Source: Candidatus Cloacimonadales bacterium
GTDB taxonomy: Bacteria; Cloacimonadota; Cloacimonadia; Cloacimonadales; JAIOQZ01
Direction of reading: 5' to 3'
DNA length: 64,000 bases
NCBI GenBank assembly: GCA_963674825.1
Contig: OY771587.1
Location: 2,720,001-2,784,000, forward strand
Shown here: positions 29,238 through 39,807 of the stretch, piece by piece
Layout of the letters: every line of letters starts with the position of its first letter
Position numbering within the stretch: the first letter of the stretch is position 1
Made by a program: the position numbers and the translations under genes
The notes under the pieces: generated by a model
What the model was told of the DNA's origin: nothing
What the model saw: the letters and a program-made list of their open reading frames with translations, nothing else
Databases searched by the model: none

Positions 29238-30029
29238 ATGGATATCCAATGGCTTGGACTCGCGCTAAGTGCGCTGCTGTTGATCATACCGATCGTTGTT
29301 TCAAGATACAAAAAGCTGGACCTCGTCAAGCCGCTTCTGAAGGCAATCACTCGTATGGTGGTGCAGCTAGCCATGATCGGCCTGGTGCTGGAATACCTCT
29401 TCAAGTGGAATACTCCCGTCTCGACATTTGGTTGGATGCTGATCATGATTGGCGCGGCGGTACACACCATCATCTCGAGACTGGATATCAAATGGCGATT
29501 CATGCTACCGGTAGTAATCTTTCCGCTGCTGGCCTCGACACTGGTTGTCATGCCGTTCGTGATCTTCGTCATCGTGCGGCCGCAACCCTTCCTGGATGCG
29601 CGCTTTATAATCCCCATCTACGGTATGGTGCTGGGTAATAGCATGAACAGCACTGCGCTTGCTCTGGAGCGTTTTCACAGTGATATCAAGAGCAGCTGGA
29701 AGGAATACTATACTTATATTGCTATGGGGGCTTCACCAAGGGAGGCGACGTTCAGTTTCTGCCAGAAGGCGATCAAGATGTCGCTCATGCCACGCATCAT
29801 GAACGTATCTTCCATGGGTATCATTGCGCTACCGGGAATGATGAGCGGACAGATTCTCAGCGGGGCCAGTCCTGCAACGGCAATAAAATACCAGATCATG
29901 ATCATGATTGCGATCATTGCCGCAGTTACGCTGACTGTTTTTCTTTCGCTTCGGCTCTTCACCGCGAGGATGTTCGACCGTGACTATTTACCTCTCCCAG
30001 AAGTGCTGGATCCGGAAGATCGGGATTAG
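29238..30029 (+). CDS. UPF0014 ABC permease (FetB/YbbM-like)
   Basis: RMVVQL, IPIYGMVLGNSMN, LPGMMSGQILSG.SP..AIKYQI. Confidence 0.9.
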   Translation: MDIQWLGLALSALLLIIPIVVSRYKKLDLVKPLLKAITRMVVQLAMIGLVLEYLFKWNTPVSTFGWMLIMIGAAVHTIISRLDIKWRFMLPVVIFPLLASTLVVMPFVIFVIVRPQPFLDARFIIPIYGMVLGNSMNSTALALERFHSDIKSSWKEYYTYIAMGASPREATFSFCQKAIKMSLMPRIMNVSSMGIIALPGMMSGQILSGASPATAIKYQIMIMIAIIAAVTLTVFLSLRLFTARMFDRDYLPLPEVLDPEDRD

Positions 30030-30225
30030 AACGAGCAATTGCAAAAAATCGACCCTATATCAACGTACTCGCGAGTTTATTGAGTTCTAATTCAGTTATA
30101 GCGTGGGTCGAGGTTATTTAATTATAAGGTTATAGAGAATCAAACAAATTCATTGACACTATAGACGTACCCCGAATCTTTGCATCGAACTGAGAGGTTC
30201 GTGTTTCATTAGAAGGAGGTTATAC

Positions 30226-31473
30226 ATGGCGAAAATACGTCCATTCCGAGGTCTTCGACCTGTCCCGGAAAAAGCGAAGGAAGTTGCTTCTCTACCATAT
30301 GATGTGATCAATTCCGCTGAAGCACGCGAGATGGCGAAGGGAAAACCTCACACATTTCTGCATGTTGTAAAGCCCGAGATTGATCTACCGGAAGATGTAG
30401 ATCTCTATGACGATATAGTTTACCAGAAAGGCAAAGAAAATCTCCAGAAGCTCATTCAGGACAAGGTTCTGGTTCAGGATGCAAAGCCTTCCATGTACCT
30501 GTATCAGCAGGCGATGGGATACCATAAGCAGATTGGTCTGGTGGCTTGTGCCTCCGTTGAAGATTACGAAAACAACATTATCAAGAAACATGAGCACACT
30601 CGCGCGGACAAGGAAGCAGACCGTATCCGCCACGTGGACACGCAAAACGCGAACGCCGGCCCGATCTTCCTCACCTATCGTGCACAAGATGAGATGAATA
30701 AGATCGTTGCCGATTATAAAGAAAACCATCAGCCTGTTTACGATTTCGTAGCTGAAGACGGCATCTGGCACACTCTGTGGGTGATTGAAGACGACGCGCT
30801 TCTGGTGAAAATCGAGAAATTGTTCGGCGAGATGGACGCTCTCTATGTTGCCGACGGGCATCACCGTTCGGCATCCGCCGCGAAAGTAGGTGCGAAACGC
30901 CGTGAGGCCAATCCAAACCACACCGGCGATGAAGAATACAACTTTTTCCTGGCTGTGCTTTTCCCGCACGACCAGCTCTATATCATGGATTATAATCGCG
31001 TCGTGAAAGACCTCAACGGTAACACACAGGAAGAATTCATCGGTAAAGTCAAAGAGAAATTCCAGATCGAACCGCTGGAAGCGAACGGTGGCTTCAGCCC
31101 CGAGCACGCGCATGAATTCGGAATGTATATGAACCGTAAGTGGTACAAACTCACCGCGAAACCCGGAACCTTCGATGCGAAAGATCCCGTCGGTTCGCTG
31201 GATGTCTCCATCCTTCAGGAAAACCTTCTTTCTCCGATCCTGGGAATCGAAGATCCGCGCAAAGACAAGCGTATCGATTTTGTCGGCGGTATCCGCGGAC
31301 TGGAAGAGCTGCGCAGACGCGTGGACGCAGGCGAAGCCGTTGCATTCGCAATGTGCCCGACCTCCATCGAAGAACTCATGTCGATCGCCGATACCGGCAA
31401 CGTCATGCCACCGAAATCGACCTGGTTTGAGCCCAAGCTGCGCTCGGGAATCGTGGTGCATCTGCTCGACTAA
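30226..31473 (+). CDS. DUF1015 family protein
   Basis: IRPFRGLRP, PYDVI, KKHEHTR, YVADGHHR, MPPKSTWFEPKLRSG. Confidence 0.93.
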   Translation: MAKIRPFRGLRPVPEKAKEVASLPYDVINSAEAREMAKGKPHTFLHVVKPEIDLPEDVDLYDDIVYQKGKENLQKLIQDKVLVQDAKPSMYLYQQAMGYHKQIGLVACASVEDYENNIIKKHEHTRADKEADRIRHVDTQNANAGPIFLTYRAQDEMNKIVADYKENHQPVYDFVAEDGIWHTLWVIEDDALLVKIEKLFGEMDALYVADGHHRSASAAKVGAKRREANPNHTGDEEYNFFLAVLFPHDQLYIMDYNRVVKDLNGNTQEEFIGKVKEKFQIEPLEANGGFSPEHAHEFGMYMNRKWYKLTAKPGTFDAKDPVGSLDVSILQENLLSPILGIEDPRKDKRIDFVGGIRGLEELRRRVDAGEAVAFAMCPTSIEELMSIADTGNVMPPKSTWFEPKLRSGIVVHLLD

Positions 31474-31551
31474 TTCGATGATCTATAACGCAAACGCTAT
31501 TCACGAGGGCTCCTGATTCACATCGGGAGCCTTCTTACAATCAGGCAGATT

Positions 31552-32484
31552 ATGAAACGTACGTTGAGACTACCGGACAATCCCACGTTTGTCGTGTTCC
31601 GCAATTCGGCCCTGGGTAACGCCATTATGGACAGCCCTATCTTTCCGTGGCTTCGATCGCAGTGGAATGGCGCGAAGATCGTGGCGATATTCGATCCGGT
31701 CAGCGCGGAGCTCTTCAAAGAAGAACCCTCAATCGACCGCATCATCGTTCTGCCCAATAAACCATCCAAGGCGGAGCTTTTCAAGCTACGTCCGATCATC
31801 GCAGCGCTCGAGCCGGATGTCTCCATTCATCTCAAGACCGGTGTTCGTTACGAACTGCTGGCGCTTTTTTCCGGGTGTCGTTATCGCGTCGGATTCAAGC
31901 TCAAGGGTTCGATCCAGTACCTCACACATCGCGTTAAACGGCCTTCAGACTCGCATGCTCGCTATTTTGCCCAGGCACTTGCCGGTGTACTGAAGCCTGA
32001 TGTGGAGCTGGATGAACCACGCCTGACCGTCTCCCCTGAAGGTATGCGGGAAGCAGAGAAGATCATGGCCGATTCCAGCCTGGTGTTGCATCCCGGTGGC
32101 GGTACGATCGGCGATGGCAACTGGAATCACGCGCTGTTCGTCGAAGCACTCACAAAGCTTGGGCAGCCTGCGCTTGTAATCGGTTCCGAACGCGAGCAGG
32201 AAGCTTTCCGCAAGGTGTGCGAACTACCGTTCGTGCAGTACGCGGGTAAGACATCGATTCAAGCCACAGCTGGATTGATCGCGCGGTCCCGATACTTCAT
32301 TGGAAATGACAGCGGTCCGGCGCATATCGCCGAAGCGCTCGAGAAACCGGCAATCATCGTCTATCGCGATGACGAAGGGAACTATCGCAGATGGAAGCCA
32401 CTCAACAAGACAACGCTTGCACTCTTTTCGAATCGCCCTTCCGCTGAAAACATCGATAGTATTCTGGCTTTCAACGAGGAATAG
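31552..32484 (+). CDS. Glycosyltransferase family 9 (heptosyltransferase-like)
   Basis: SALGN.I, LHPGG, AGKTSI, IGNDSGPAHIA. Confidence 0.85.
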   Translation: MKRTLRLPDNPTFVVFRNSALGNAIMDSPIFPWLRSQWNGAKIVAIFDPVSAELFKEEPSIDRIIVLPNKPSKAELFKLRPIIAALEPDVSIHLKTGVRYELLALFSGCRYRVGFKLKGSIQYLTHRVKRPSDSHARYFAQALAGVLKPDVELDEPRLTVSPEGMREAEKIMADSSLVLHPGGGTIGDGNWNHALFVEALTKLGQPALVIGSEREQEAFRKVCELPFVQYAGKTSIQATAGLIARSRYFIGNDSGPAHIAEALEKPAIIVYRDDEGNYRRWKPLNKTTLALFSNRPSAENIDSILAFNEE

Positions 32485-32490
32485 TAATCT

Positions 32491-33582
32491 ATGCCATACA
32501 AGATTTTGATTTCGAATTCCAATCCGCCCGAGCTCTGGGGTGGTGGCGAGATGTGGCTGATGGACATCGCGCGTGATTTGACTGCCGATGGCCATGCAGT
32601 GACGATCAATTCCCATCCTGATTCCCGGCTTTATAAGGAAGCGAAGGATGCGGGGATCGAGGTATGCGACTTCGGTATTCGCAGCAATCTGGATTTCCTA
32701 CGGGCACCGTACTTCGCGATCAAGTTGAAGAAATACGACGTCTTGATCCTGAACATCATCCGCGACGTGAAGGTCCTTGGATTGGCTGGAAAGCTTGCCG
32801 GCGTCCCGGTGATCATAAGCCGGCAGGGAATGATCCTCGTGGGGCCCAAGAAGCGGCATGGTCTCTACATGAAGCTCGTCGATGTGATCCTCACCAACAA
32901 TTTCACGCAGAAGAAGCTCTACGATAGCTATCCGTGGATTACACCGGACAAGGTGCGGGTCGTGTACAACAGGCTGCGGATCGAAGGCGATGTGCCGCAG
33001 TATAATTTGAAGAAGAAGATTGGGATTCCACAGGATTCGATTCTGATGGTCTCGGTGGGCAGACTTTCCGGGATGAAAGGATTCGACCTTTTGCTCAATG
33101 CGCTTTCATCAATCAAGGACCGATTTCCCGATCTGCATCTGGCTATGTTTGGCACAGGCCCGTTGAAGGACGATCTCACGGAACTCCGGGACAAGAATGG
33201 CCTTACGGACCGTATTCACTTCATGGGCTATCAGGAGAAGCCGTTCCAGATGATCCAGGCGGCTGACGCACTGGTGCTGTCATCACGCAGGGAAGGATTT
33301 CCTTCGGTGGTGTTGGAGGCGATGGCGCTCAAAACGCCAGTGATCGCAACACCCGTGGGCGGTGTTTGCGAGTTGGTTGAAGACGGTATGAACGGCTATT
33401 TGGTGAAGGAAATCACGCAGGAAGCTATCGCCGAGGCGATCACGCGCTTCGTGGAGCATCCTGAGCAGCATCAGACGATTATCGACAACGCCTACCGCAT
33501 CGTGTACGAAAAATTCTCCAAGGAAAAGACTCTCGGCGACATGAACAAGCTGATGACGGAGATCTACAACTCGAAGAAATAA
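32491..33582 (+). CDS. Glycosyltransferase family 4
   Basis: GGGE, VGRLS..KG, SRREGFPSVVLEAMA, TPVGG..E. Confidence 0.92.
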   Translation: MPYKILISNSNPPELWGGGEMWLMDIARDLTADGHAVTINSHPDSRLYKEAKDAGIEVCDFGIRSNLDFLRAPYFAIKLKKYDVLILNIIRDVKVLGLAGKLAGVPVIISRQGMILVGPKKRHGLYMKLVDVILTNNFTQKKLYDSYPWITPDKVRVVYNRLRIEGDVPQYNLKKKIGIPQDSILMVSVGRLSGMKGFDLLLNALSSIKDRFPDLHLAMFGTGPLKDDLTELRDKNGLTDRIHFMGYQEKPFQMIQAADALVLSSRREGFPSVVLEAMALKTPVIATPVGGVCELVEDGMNGYLVKEITQEAIAEAITRFVEHPEQHQTIIDNAYRIVYEKFSKEKTLGDMNKLMTEIYNSKK

Positions 33583-33645
33583 GAGCATCCTGATTGGAGC
33601 GCCAAGCCCCTGCTTGGCATTAGGATGTGATATGGTAGCCGGAAT

Positions 33646-33672
33646 AAAAAACCGGCACTTTCGCACCGGTTT
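33646..33672 (-). terminator. Intrinsic terminator after guaB
   Basis: Minus strand ACCGGTGC-GAAA-GTGCCGGT followed by TTTTT. Confidence 0.7.
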
Positions 33673-33698
33673 GCAACGTCTATTGATCAAAGTGTTGT

Positions 33699-35192
<1,494 letters not shown>

Positions 35193-35219
35193 TTATACAA
35201 AACATGGGAGGCACGATTT

Positions 35220-35235
35220 TTGTCAAGATGGAAAT
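35220..35235. repeat. 16-bp direct repeat, copy 1 (contains the minus-strand TTGACA upstream of guaB)
   Basis: TTGTCAAGATGGAAAT, identical to 36009-36024. Confidence 0.8.
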
Positions 35236-35324
35236 AGTCGATAAGTTTCTATCGCCCTGCTTACAAAGAAGATATGATACGGCAAATACGATTATCTGTG
35301 TCAGATGCGTCAGGTAATTGTCAT

Positions 35325-35918
35325 CTAGGCAATTTCGTCGTTCTGCATCGGATTGGCGAGGATCGATAGCATAAGGACATCATGAAACTCATTGCCGTAA
35401 TCGTATTGTCTCAGCAGACCTTCCTGCTGAAACCCCAGTTTCTCCAGTAAGTGAAGGGAGGCTATATTCTGGGGAAGTACGCAAGCTTGTATTCTGTGTA
35501 GATTCAAGTCCTGAAATCCGAAATCCAGCACCAATTTCAGAGCTTCTGTCATGATTCCCTGGTTCCACATTGCGCGAGATAAATAGTACGAAATCTCGGC
35601 CATCGATTTCCTGATGAATCCTCCGAGGTCGCACCTCCCGATTACTTCACCACTATCCTTCCACTCGATACACCATGTGAATACAAGTTTTGATTTCAAG
35701 CACCTTCCGTTGAGGTTGTCGATCCAGCGTTGCGCATCTTCCCGACTTTTAGGTATTAAAATCGAACCGAGATATTGCTGTACTTTTCTGTCTGTGAAAA
35801 AGGCCATGTAAGGTTCAATGTCGTCATACCCAAATGGGCGAAGAATCAAACGTTTGGATTCAAGAACCGGGATTTCCTTAAAGTGATCATTGAACTTCAT
35901 ATTTTCAAGCATCTCCAT
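35325..35918 (-). CDS. GNAT family N-acetyltransferase (RimJ/RimL type)
   Basis: LESKRLILRP, AEISYYL...WNQGIMTEAL, LHRIQA, NIASLHLLEKLGFQQEG. Confidence 0.9.
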   Translation of the reverse strand: MEMLENMKFNDHFKEIPVLESKRLILRPFGYDDIEPYMAFFTDRKVQQYLGSILIPKSREDAQRWIDNLNGRCLKSKLVFTWCIEWKDSGEVIGRCDLGGFIRKSMAEISYYLSRAMWNQGIMTEALKLVLDFGFQDLNLHRIQACVLPQNIASLHLLEKLGFQQEGLLRQYDYGNEFHDVLMLSILANPMQNDEIA

Positions 35919-36008
35919 TCTATGATATCCGCATGCAATTTCTTATAAAACGAATATCGAGTTTTTATGATATCGTTGAATTCTTACAGGTTTGTCGGAA
36001 TTCGCTAC

Positions 36009-36024
36009 TTGTCAAGATGGAAAT
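36009..36024. repeat. 16-bp direct repeat, copy 2 (contains the minus-strand TTGACA upstream of the GNAT gene)
   Basis: TTGTCAAGATGGAAAT, identical to 35220-35235. Confidence 0.8.
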
Positions 36025-36581
36025 CGCAGAAAATTATGGGAAGAACACGGGTTAAAATTTCGTAAAATGTACTTCGGGGTTGTTTGCCGCTCTACGAAGA
36101 AAATCAGGGCCAAATCGCGAGGATTACCCTTGTTCTGCGCATCGAAAAGGATCGCTTAATTTTATAACTTCAACAAAACGTAATTGTTTGTCATTCGGTC
36201 GATTTCGATTAGAATATACTATGTAAAGAAAGAGTACGCTGCCTGGAAAAAATCGAACCGGGGATAACACGACGGGATAGCGCTGTAGCTGACGCCTTTC
36301 ATGCCGGAACAGGCGTACAATCCTATCATCAACAGCGATTTTGAGTGCACATTGGAGCTACTTGAAAGCGTGAAACACCATATCTTGATTTACGTTTTCT
36401 GAGTGAAAACGATTCGTCATGAGGCTAAGTCGAACGCTGTCAGGCAATATCGCATGGATAACAGCGACGACGGTTCTGATCATAATTTCTTAAGCGAATT
36501 TTGATTTGACACGATTGACCTGTCGAAATTCATAGGGTACGAATGTAATAAAATAATTATAGATCACAAGGAGGAATTTTC

Positions 36582-39320
36582 ATGAGCGAAAACATGAAAC
36601 GCATTTACCTGTTTGGTAATGGAAAAGCTGAAGGCAGCACTGGAATGAAGAACCTGCTTGGCGGTAAAGGCGCCAACCTCGCCGAGATGAACCTTATCGG
36701 CGTGCCCGTCCCCGCAGGTTTTACTATCACAACCGAAGTTTGTACCGAATACAATACCATCGGCCCGGAAAAAGTGAAAGCACTTCTCGAACCGGAAGTT
36801 CAGAAGGCGATCGCGGCAACGGAAGAAATTATGGGAATGAAGTTCGGTGACGCGGTTAATCCGCTTCTGCTGTCTGTTCGCTCTGGTGCTCGCGTCTCTA
36901 TGCCCGGCATGATGGACACTGTCCTCAACCTCGGTCTCAACGAAGAGGTTGTAGAAGGTCTGGCGAAGAAGAGCGGCAACGACCGTTTCGCATGGGACTC
37001 TTATCGTCGTTTCGTTCAGATGTACGGCGACGTCGTGCTCGATATGAAGCCGGTCTCTAAAGAAGATATCGACCCGTTTGAAGAAATCATCGAAGCTGTG
37101 AAAGAAGAAAAGGGTGTCGAAGAGGATATCGATCTCACCACCGACGACCTGAAAGAACTTGTTACACGCTTCAAAAAGGCCGTGAAAGACAATACCGGCA
37201 AAGACTTCCCGACCAATCCGTGGGATCAGCTTTGGGGCGCGGTTTTTGCAGTTTTCAATAGCTGGATGAACGAGCGCGCGATCCTTTATCGTCAGCTCAA
37301 TCACATCCCCGAGGAATGGGGAACAGCTGTAAACGTACAGTCGATGGTCTATGGTAACATGGGCGACAACAGCGCGACTGGCGTAGCTTTCACCCGTGAC
37401 GCCGCTACCGGCGAAGACATCTTCAACGGCGAATTCCTGGTCAACGCACAGGGCGAAGACGTGGTTGCGGGTATCCGTACACCGCAGCAGATCACCGTGG
37501 AAGGCTCCCGTCGCTGGGCAGTGCTTCAGAATATTGACGAAGCAGAACGCAAAGCGAAATTCCCGTCACTCGAAGAAGTGATGCCGGAAGTTTACAAGGA
37601 ACTCGATGCTACTCAGCAGAAGCTGGAAGATCATTATAAAGACATGCAGGACCTGGAATTCACTATCCAGGACGGCAAGCTCTGGCTGCTTCAGACTCGT
37701 AACGGCAAGCGCACCGGCGCTGCGATGGTCAAGATCGCCAACGATATGCTCGAACAGGGCTATATTGACGAGAAGACCGCTCTTATGCGCGTCGAACCTA
37801 ACAAGCTGGACGAGCTGCTTCACCCGGTTTTCGATCTGGATGCGCTTGCAAAAGCCACCCCGATCGCCAAGGGCCTTCCCGCATCTCCAGGCGCTGCAAC
37901 CGGCCAGATCGTGTTCTTCGCTGACGAAGCCGAAGAATGGGTCGCCGACAAGAAACAGGTTGTTCTGGTCCGTATCGAGACCTCTCCTGAAGATCTTCGC
38001 GGTATGAACGTCGCTGCCGGTATCCTTACCGCTCGCGGCGGTATGACCTCGCACGCTGCCGTGGTTGCTCGCGGCATGGGCAAGTGCTGCGTCTCCGGCG
38101 CCGGCACCATCAAAATCAACTACAAGACCCGCACCCTCGAAGCCGACGGCAAGACCTTCAAGGAAGGTGACTGGATATCCCTGAACGGCTCTACCGGTGT
38201 TGTTTATGAAGGCAAGGTTGAGACCCGTGATCCCGAACTCAGTGGTGACTTCGGCAAGATCATGGACCTCAGCGATAAATATACTCGCATGTATGTCCGC
38301 ACCAACGCCGACACCCCGCGCGACTCCGTGGTTGCTCGCGGATTTGGCGCGAAGGGTATCGGGCTGTGCCGTACCGAGCACATGTTCTTCGAAGGCGACC
38401 GCATCAAGGCCGTCCGCGAGATGATTCTCGCCGAGACCGAAGAAGGTCGCCGCAAAGCCCTCGACAAGCTCCTCCCGATCCAGCGCGAAGACTTCGAAGG
38501 AATCTTCGAAGCCATGGACGGACTGCCTGTCACCATCCGCCTTCTGGATCCGCCGCTGCACGAATTCGTACCGCATGAGGAAGAAAACCAGAAAGAGATG
38601 GCCGAAGAGCTCGGAATCACCCCCGAAAAGGTGAAATCGATCGTCGATTCACTGGCTGAATTCAACCCTATGCTTGGTCACCGTGGCTGCCGTCTGGGAA
38701 TCACCTATCCCGAAATCACCGAGATGCAAGCTCGCGCGATCATCGAAGCTGCGCTGAACGTTTCGGCGAAGGGTATCAAGGTCTTCCCGGAAATCATGGT
38801 TCCGCTGATCGGTACTCAGGCTGAATTCGTCTTGCAGGAAGAGATCATCGAACGTGTAGCCGAAGAAGAATTCGAGAAAGCTGGACGCCGCCTCGAATAC
38901 CTTATCGGTACCATGATCGAGATCCCGCGCGCTGCCCTGACAGCAGACAAGATCGCTGAACGCGCTGAATTCTTCAGCTTCGGCACAAACGACCTTACCC
39001 AGATGACGTTCGGATACTCCCGCGACGACGCCGGTAAGTTCCTGCCCATCTATACGGCGAAAGGTATTCTTGCTCACGATCCGTTCCAGGTTCTCGACCA
39101 GGAAGGTGTGGGCCAGCTCGTAGAGATGGGAACCAATAAAGGTCGCTCGACACGCCCCGACCTCAAAGTCGGTATTTGTGGCGAGCATGGCGGAGAGCCG
39201 ACATCGGTTAAATTCTGTCATCGCGTCGGCATGAACTACGTAAGCTGTTCACCTTATCGCGTACCCATCGCAAGATTGGCTGCGGCTCAGGCTGCAATTG
39301 AAGAAGAACAATCGAAGTAA
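36582..39320 (+). CDS. ppdK: Pyruvate, phosphate dikinase
   Basis: LLGGKGANLAEM, SVRSGA..SMPGMMDT, GGMTSHAAVVARG (phospho-His), EFFSFGTNDL, ICGEHGG. Confidence 0.98.
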   Translation: MSENMKRIYLFGNGKAEGSTGMKNLLGGKGANLAEMNLIGVPVPAGFTITTEVCTEYNTIGPEKVKALLEPEVQKAIAATEEIMGMKFGDAVNPLLLSVRSGARVSMPGMMDTVLNLGLNEEVVEGLAKKSGNDRFAWDSYRRFVQMYGDVVLDMKPVSKEDIDPFEEIIEAVKEEKGVEEDIDLTTDDLKELVTRFKKAVKDNTGKDFPTNPWDQLWGAVFAVFNSWMNERAILYRQLNHIPEEWGTAVNVQSMVYGNMGDNSATGVAFTRDAATGEDIFNGEFLVNAQGEDVVAGIRTPQQITVEGSRRWAVLQNIDEAERKAKFPSLEEVMPEVYKELDATQQKLEDHYKDMQDLEFTIQDGKLWLLQTRNGKRTGAAMVKIANDMLEQGYIDEKTALMRVEPNKLDELLHPVFDLDALAKATPIAKGLPASPGAATGQIVFFADEAEEWVADKKQVVLVRIETSPEDLRGMNVAAGILTARGGMTSHAAVVARGMGKCCVSGAGTIKINYKTRTLEADGKTFKEGDWISLNGSTGVVYEGKVETRDPELSGDFGKIMDLSDKYTRMYVRTNADTPRDSVVARGFGAKGIGLCRTEHMFFEGDRIKAVREMILAETEEGRRKALDKLLPIQREDFEGIFEAMDGLPVTIRLLDPPLHEFVPHEEENQKEMAEELGITPEKVKSIVDSLAEFNPMLGHRGCRLGITYPEITEMQARAIIEAALNVSAKGIKVFPEIMVPLIGTQAEFVLQEEIIERVAEEEFEKAGRRLEYLIGTMIEIPRAALTADKIAERAEFFSFGTNDLTQMTFGYSRDDAGKFLPIYTAKGILAHDPFQVLDQEGVGQLVEMGTNKGRSTRPDLKVGICGEHGGEPTSVKFCHRVGMNYVSCSPYRVPIARLAAAQAAIEEEQSK

Positions 39321-39329
39321 CGAATATGG

Positions 39330-39352
39330 GCCCGGAAGATATTCTTCCGGGC
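39330..39352 (+). terminator. Hairpin after ppdK (terminator or mRNA stabiliser)
   Basis: GCCCGGAAGA-TAT-TCTTCCGGGC with a weak U-tract. Confidence 0.55.
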
Positions 39353-39424
39353 ATTCTAAATTGTCGTAACGGTGCAGCCGGTCCGGCGTTGTATCTATGA
39401 ATTCGCATCAATCAAAGGAGCATC

Positions 39425-39643
39425 ATGAAAGGCAAAGTAAAGTGGTTTAACAGCAACAAAGGATACGGATTCATCCTGTCCGACGACAATACCGAATACT
39501 TCGTACACTGGAAATCGATTGTCACCAAGACTCCGACAGAACTCAAAGTTCTGTATCCTGACGAACTCGTTGAATTTGATCTTATGAATACCGATAAAGG
39601 AATTCAGGCCATCAATATTATTCGCCTGAACCCTATTTCATAA
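39425..39643 (+). CDS. Cold-shock domain protein
   Basis: MKGKVKWFN..KGYGFI (RNP1), YFVH (RNP2). Confidence 0.93.
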   Translation: MKGKVKWFNSNKGYGFILSDDNTEYFVHWKSIVTKTPTELKVLYPDELVEFDLMNTDKGIQAINIIRLNPIS

Positions 39644-39807
39644 TAACGGCTGATCCTCCCCATCTCCGTTTAATGCATACGCCGCAGGGATGAATAATCT
39701 CTGCGGTTGTTTTTTAGTCGAGGTAGGAGAGATGCGGACGAGACGTCCGCGTTCCATACGGCTTCTATTTTCATTGACGATTCAGGCCATCCGTTTTTTC
39801 TAATCCC

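Noticed and set aside
30049..30111. TCGACCC...GGGTCGA imperfect hairpin upstream of the DUF1015 gene
   Set aside because: Weak and interrupted, lies upstream of the predicted promoter, and has no second copy.
36240..36470. Two CGCTGT...ACAGCG hairpins in the long GNAT-ppdK intergenic region
   Set aside because: The stems are short (6 bp) and lie upstream of the ppdK -35 box. I cannot distinguish them from chance.
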